Below are positions 56,407-58,817 of a stretch of 58,817 nucleotides of DNA, one piece after another. The notes below the pieces were generated by a model, which saw only the letters and a list, made by a program, of their open reading frames with translations, had not been told where the DNA came from and searched no databases. The stretch spans positions 1-58,817 of the forward strand of contig SVHB01000004.1 in the NCBI GenBank assembly GCA_015056005.1, given 5' to 3'. Numbering within the stretch: position 1 is the first letter of the stretch; each line of letters opens with the position of its first letter. This stretch comes from Clostridiales bacterium (GTDB lineage Bacteria; Bacillota; Clostridia; Christensenellales; UBA1750). A program made the translations under genes and the position numbers.

Positions 56407-57123
56407 TTATTTGTAGATGTCCAGCAGAGTCTCTACCTTGCCGGGGAGACCGGGCATGGGCAGACCGCGGGTCTTGATGGTGCGGTCGAGGTTCTTAACG
56501 TCCTCAAGGGGAATGGTCTTGGCGTTGCCGAGCTGAACGGCTACGAGGATAGACTGCGCAGCTGCTTCCATCATTTCCAGCAGCTCAAGCGCCCTGCCGA
56601 TGCCCTCATAGGAGCACATGATCGCGCCGTGGTTTTCCATCAGGAAGCCGTTGGAGCGCTCAACGTAAGCGTCGAACATCTCTGCCAGCTCGTCGGAGAG
56701 GGGCTCTGCATAGGGAACCATCAGCATGGGGCCGACCTCGATAACGGGTTCGGGCAGGAATGCTCTTTCCATATAATCCTGTCCGGTGATGGCAAAGCCG
56801 GTGAGGACGGGGGGATGAGCGTGCAGGACAGCCTTGATGTCGGGGCGCTTTTTGAGGATGCGCAGGTGGAAGGGCAGCTCGCCCGTGGGCTTACGGCCGG
56901 TAGAAGCAAACAGGGTGTTGCCGTCCATATCGACGATGCATACATCGTCAAACTGAACGGAGCGCTTTGCGACCTTGGTGGGGGTGATGAGGACAACGTT
57001 TTCATCGACCCTGAAGGAGAGGTTGCCGCCCTGGCTGGTAACGAAGCCCTTGGCGTCCGTTTTATGTGCGGCTTCTACGAGCTCGATTATCTGAGCCTCG
57101 TATTTTTTCTGAAGTTCATGCAT
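56407..57123 (-). CDS. class II aldolase/adducin-family protein (L-fuculose-phosphate aldolase-like)
   Basis: HAHPP motif context (AVLHAHPPVLTGF). Start set at ATG 57123, 7 nt after the SD GGAGGA. Confidence 0.85.
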   Translation of the reverse strand: MHELQKKYEAQIIELVEAAHKTDAKGFVTSQGGNLSFRVDENVVLITPTKVAKRSVQFDDVCIVDMDGNTLFASTGRKPTGELPFHLRILKKRPDIKAVLHAHPPVLTGFAITGQDYMERAFLPEPVIEVGPMLMVPYAEPLSDELAEMFDAYVERSNGFLMENHGAIMCSYEGIGRALELLEMMEAAAQSILVAVQLGNAKTIPLEDVKNLDRTIKTRGLPMPGLPGKVETLLDIYK

Positions 57124-57150
57124 GTCGGTTTCCTCCAATGTATTATATGC

Positions 57151-57504
57151 TTATTCCACAGCAAATGCTATCGTGGTAATGAGACCGTTTTCGGCCTGAG
57201 TGGTATCAAGGCGGCTGTACTGCACTACAACGGGCACGTCGCTGTGCACCAGAGCGGCATAGGGAACGCCCATCTCAACCGCGCCAAGCTTATCCATGCG
57301 GATATGGTTGGTGCGCCTTGCGCCGCATTTGAGACCTTCCTTGACAATGGGTTCACGGTCTTCAAAATAGAAGGTAACGGTGAGGTTTGCGTCCTTGTCG
57401 TTGACGTTGAGAACGCAGATGGCTTCGTGGCTCACATAGTGACCGGGAGTGGTGATCTCGGGCCAGTACATATCGGGAATGAGCCAATCGGTTTTACCGT
57501 ACAT
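57151..57504 (-). CDS. ASRT-family protein (Anabaena sensory rhodopsin transducer-like beta-sandwich)
   Basis: 117 aa. SHEAICVLN...ARRTNHIRMD...VPVVVQYSRLDTTQAENGLITTIAF resembles the ASRT family as I remember it. The start overlaps the upstream gene by 11 nt. Confidence 0.65.
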   Translation of the reverse strand: MYGKTDWLIPDMYWPEITTPGHYVSHEAICVLNVNDKDANLTVTFYFEDREPIVKEGLKCGARRTNHIRMDKLGAVEMGVPYAALVHSDVPVVVQYSRLDTTQAENGLITTIAFAVE

Positions 57505-58621
57505 TTACAAAAACCCCGCTTTCATCGGATAATCTTGCTTTGTCCAAAAGAAGGTTTACATATGCGCCGTCGTCTATAGTGGGCGCGGTCTGCTTTCCTT
57601 CGTTTATGCTGTTTACGAAATTGAACATGGAATGAGCGTGGCATCTGGTAAAGCCGATGCCGTTTTTCCCCGATGGGAACGCTCCGCCGGGCTTTTCGAA
57701 CCTGCCTATGGATTCGATCTGCTTATAGCCCTTATCGAGCCCAAGCGCGCCCTCTTTTTCTGTATTGTCGTAGAACCAGAGCCAGTTGGGGTCGGCGGAA
57801 TCAAACCTTACCGCGCCCTTTGTTCCGGAAATCTCAAAGCGCATGGAATCGTTCTGCCCGGTTGCGATCTTGGTTGCCTCGACCATGCCCATGGCGCCGT
57901 TTTCCATAACGAGGGTCATATACGCCGCGTCCTCTGCGGCATCCTCTGTTTGCCCCGCTTTGTTCGTTCTTTCCTTGTAAAGGGTCTGCGTTTTGCAGAA
58001 GATCTTTGCAACATCGCCTATCAGCCAGTGGACAAGGTCGAGCACGTGGCTGCCAAGGTCGGGCAAGGTGCCCGCGCTTGCGCTTTTGAGCTGCTTCCAG
58101 CCTGCGGGGCGGTTGGGGTCTACAGAGCCGCTGTGCAGATACGCTGCTCGAAACGATATGATATCGCCCACTCTGCCCTCGTCTATCAGCTGCTTTGCGC
58201 GCATGGTGGCAGGGTAGAACCTGTTGTTGAACACGGTGTTTACGATAACGCCGCATTCCCTGGCGGTCTTTGCCATCCTCTGCGCCTGTGCGTAGTCAAG
58301 CGCCAGCGGTTTTTCGATATATATATGCTTTTTTGCTCTTGCGGCGGCGGTGAAGATCTCTTCATGGGTGTCATTGGGCGTACAGATGCAGACCGCGTCT
58401 ATATCGTCCCTTTTGAGCAGCTCCCTGTAATCGTCTGTTGCAAATTCAAGGTCAAGCTCTTCCTTTGCATGAAGCGCGTTTTCAATATGCCCCGAGCATA
58501 CGCCGATAAGCTTTGCCTTAAACCCTGAGTTGTTGTAATAAAGCGGCATGTTGAGTATTCCATAGGCGTGCATCCTGCCCATGAAGCCCCAGCCGATAAT
58601 GCCGATACCGATGGTTTTCAT
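57494..58621 (-). CDS. Gfo/Idh/MocA-family oxidoreductase
   Basis: MKTIGIGIIGWGFMGRMHAY Rossmann N-terminus. The 20-codon extension in the ORF track lies in repeat R6, so I trimmed it to ATG 58621. Confidence 0.9.
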   Translation of the reverse strand: MKTIGIGIIGWGFMGRMHAYGILNMPLYYNNSGFKAKLIGVCSGHIENALHAKEELDLEFATDDYRELLKRDDIDAVCICTPNDTHEEIFTAAARAKKHIYIEKPLALDYAQAQRMAKTARECGVIVNTVFNNRFYPATMRAKQLIDEGRVGDIISFRAAYLHSGSVDPNRPAGWKQLKSASAGTLPDLGSHVLDLVHWLIGDVAKIFCKTQTLYKERTNKAGQTEDAAEDAAYMTLVMENGAMGMVEATKIATGQNDSMRFEISGTKGAVRFDSADPNWLWFYDNTEKEGALGLDKGYKQIESIGRFEKPGGAFPSGKNGIGFTRCHAHSMFNFVNSINEGKQTAPTIDDGAYVNLLLDKARLSDESGVFVNVR

Positions 58622-58641
58622 GTGAGTTTCCTTTATGTAAG

Positions 58642-58817
58642 TTTTTTTGGAAGAAGGCTTCGCCTTCTCCCAAGCCCTCATCCACCAGAGGATTGCATCC
58701 TCTGGACTCCGCGGCTTTGGGTTCAGGTGATTTTATACTTTTGCTTACGATGAACCCGTAAAGTATGGGTTCATCGTGATCGTCTTTGAGAACGATCAAA
58801 CTATTTACGTGCGCGTA
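58642..58817 (+). repeat. mosaic hairpin element, locus R6 (arm only; cut by the window end)
   Basis: hp1 58649-58671, pal2 58684-58704, hp3 GATGAACCC-GTAAAGTAT-GGGTTCATC 58749-58775. The last bases CTATTTACGTGCGCG begin the conserved GTATTTTGCGTGCGCGG box. Confidence 0.85.

Overview
This is a chromosomal segment of a Firmicutes/Clostridia-type genome, judged from PolC, LonB, T-box leaders and tig-clpP-clpX. I call about 47 protein genes and one tRNA-Asn. They fall into four groups. (1) Carbohydrate genes: a sugar-uptake locus with two paralogous LplA-type binding proteins, a membrane-anchored AraC regulator, a GH35-like hydrolase and two permeases, plus a GH32/TIM-barrel cluster and two Gfo/Idh/MocA clusters. 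(2) Regulation: an ECF sigma / PepSY anti-sigma pair. (3) Amino-acid genes: a T-box-controlled orphan trpB, a T-box-controlled serS and aspartate kinase. (4) Housekeeping: lonB, tig, clpP, clpX, pepF, a sirtuin, two tandem family-4 uracil-DNA glycosylases, polC and uvrC. There are no transposases, CRISPR arrays, prophage genes or recognisable defence genes. The feature the gene map does not explain is a non-coding, hairpin-rich mosaic element that I do not recognise. It occupies six intergenic loci, about 3.1 kb or roughly 5 percent of the window. Complete copies are about 0.55-0.6 kb. They have long structured inverted arms (hairpin hp1, a 21-nt palindrome pal2, a CCGCGG box, hairpin hp3) around interchangeable cargo modules. 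The hairpin stems differ between copies but stay perfectly paired, while their loops and flanks are conserved. One cargo type is an array of small hairpins separated by a constant 7-mer, and a solo array with the same grammar sits beside the tRNA. All functional calls come from reading motifs by eye and need HMM or BLAST confirmation.
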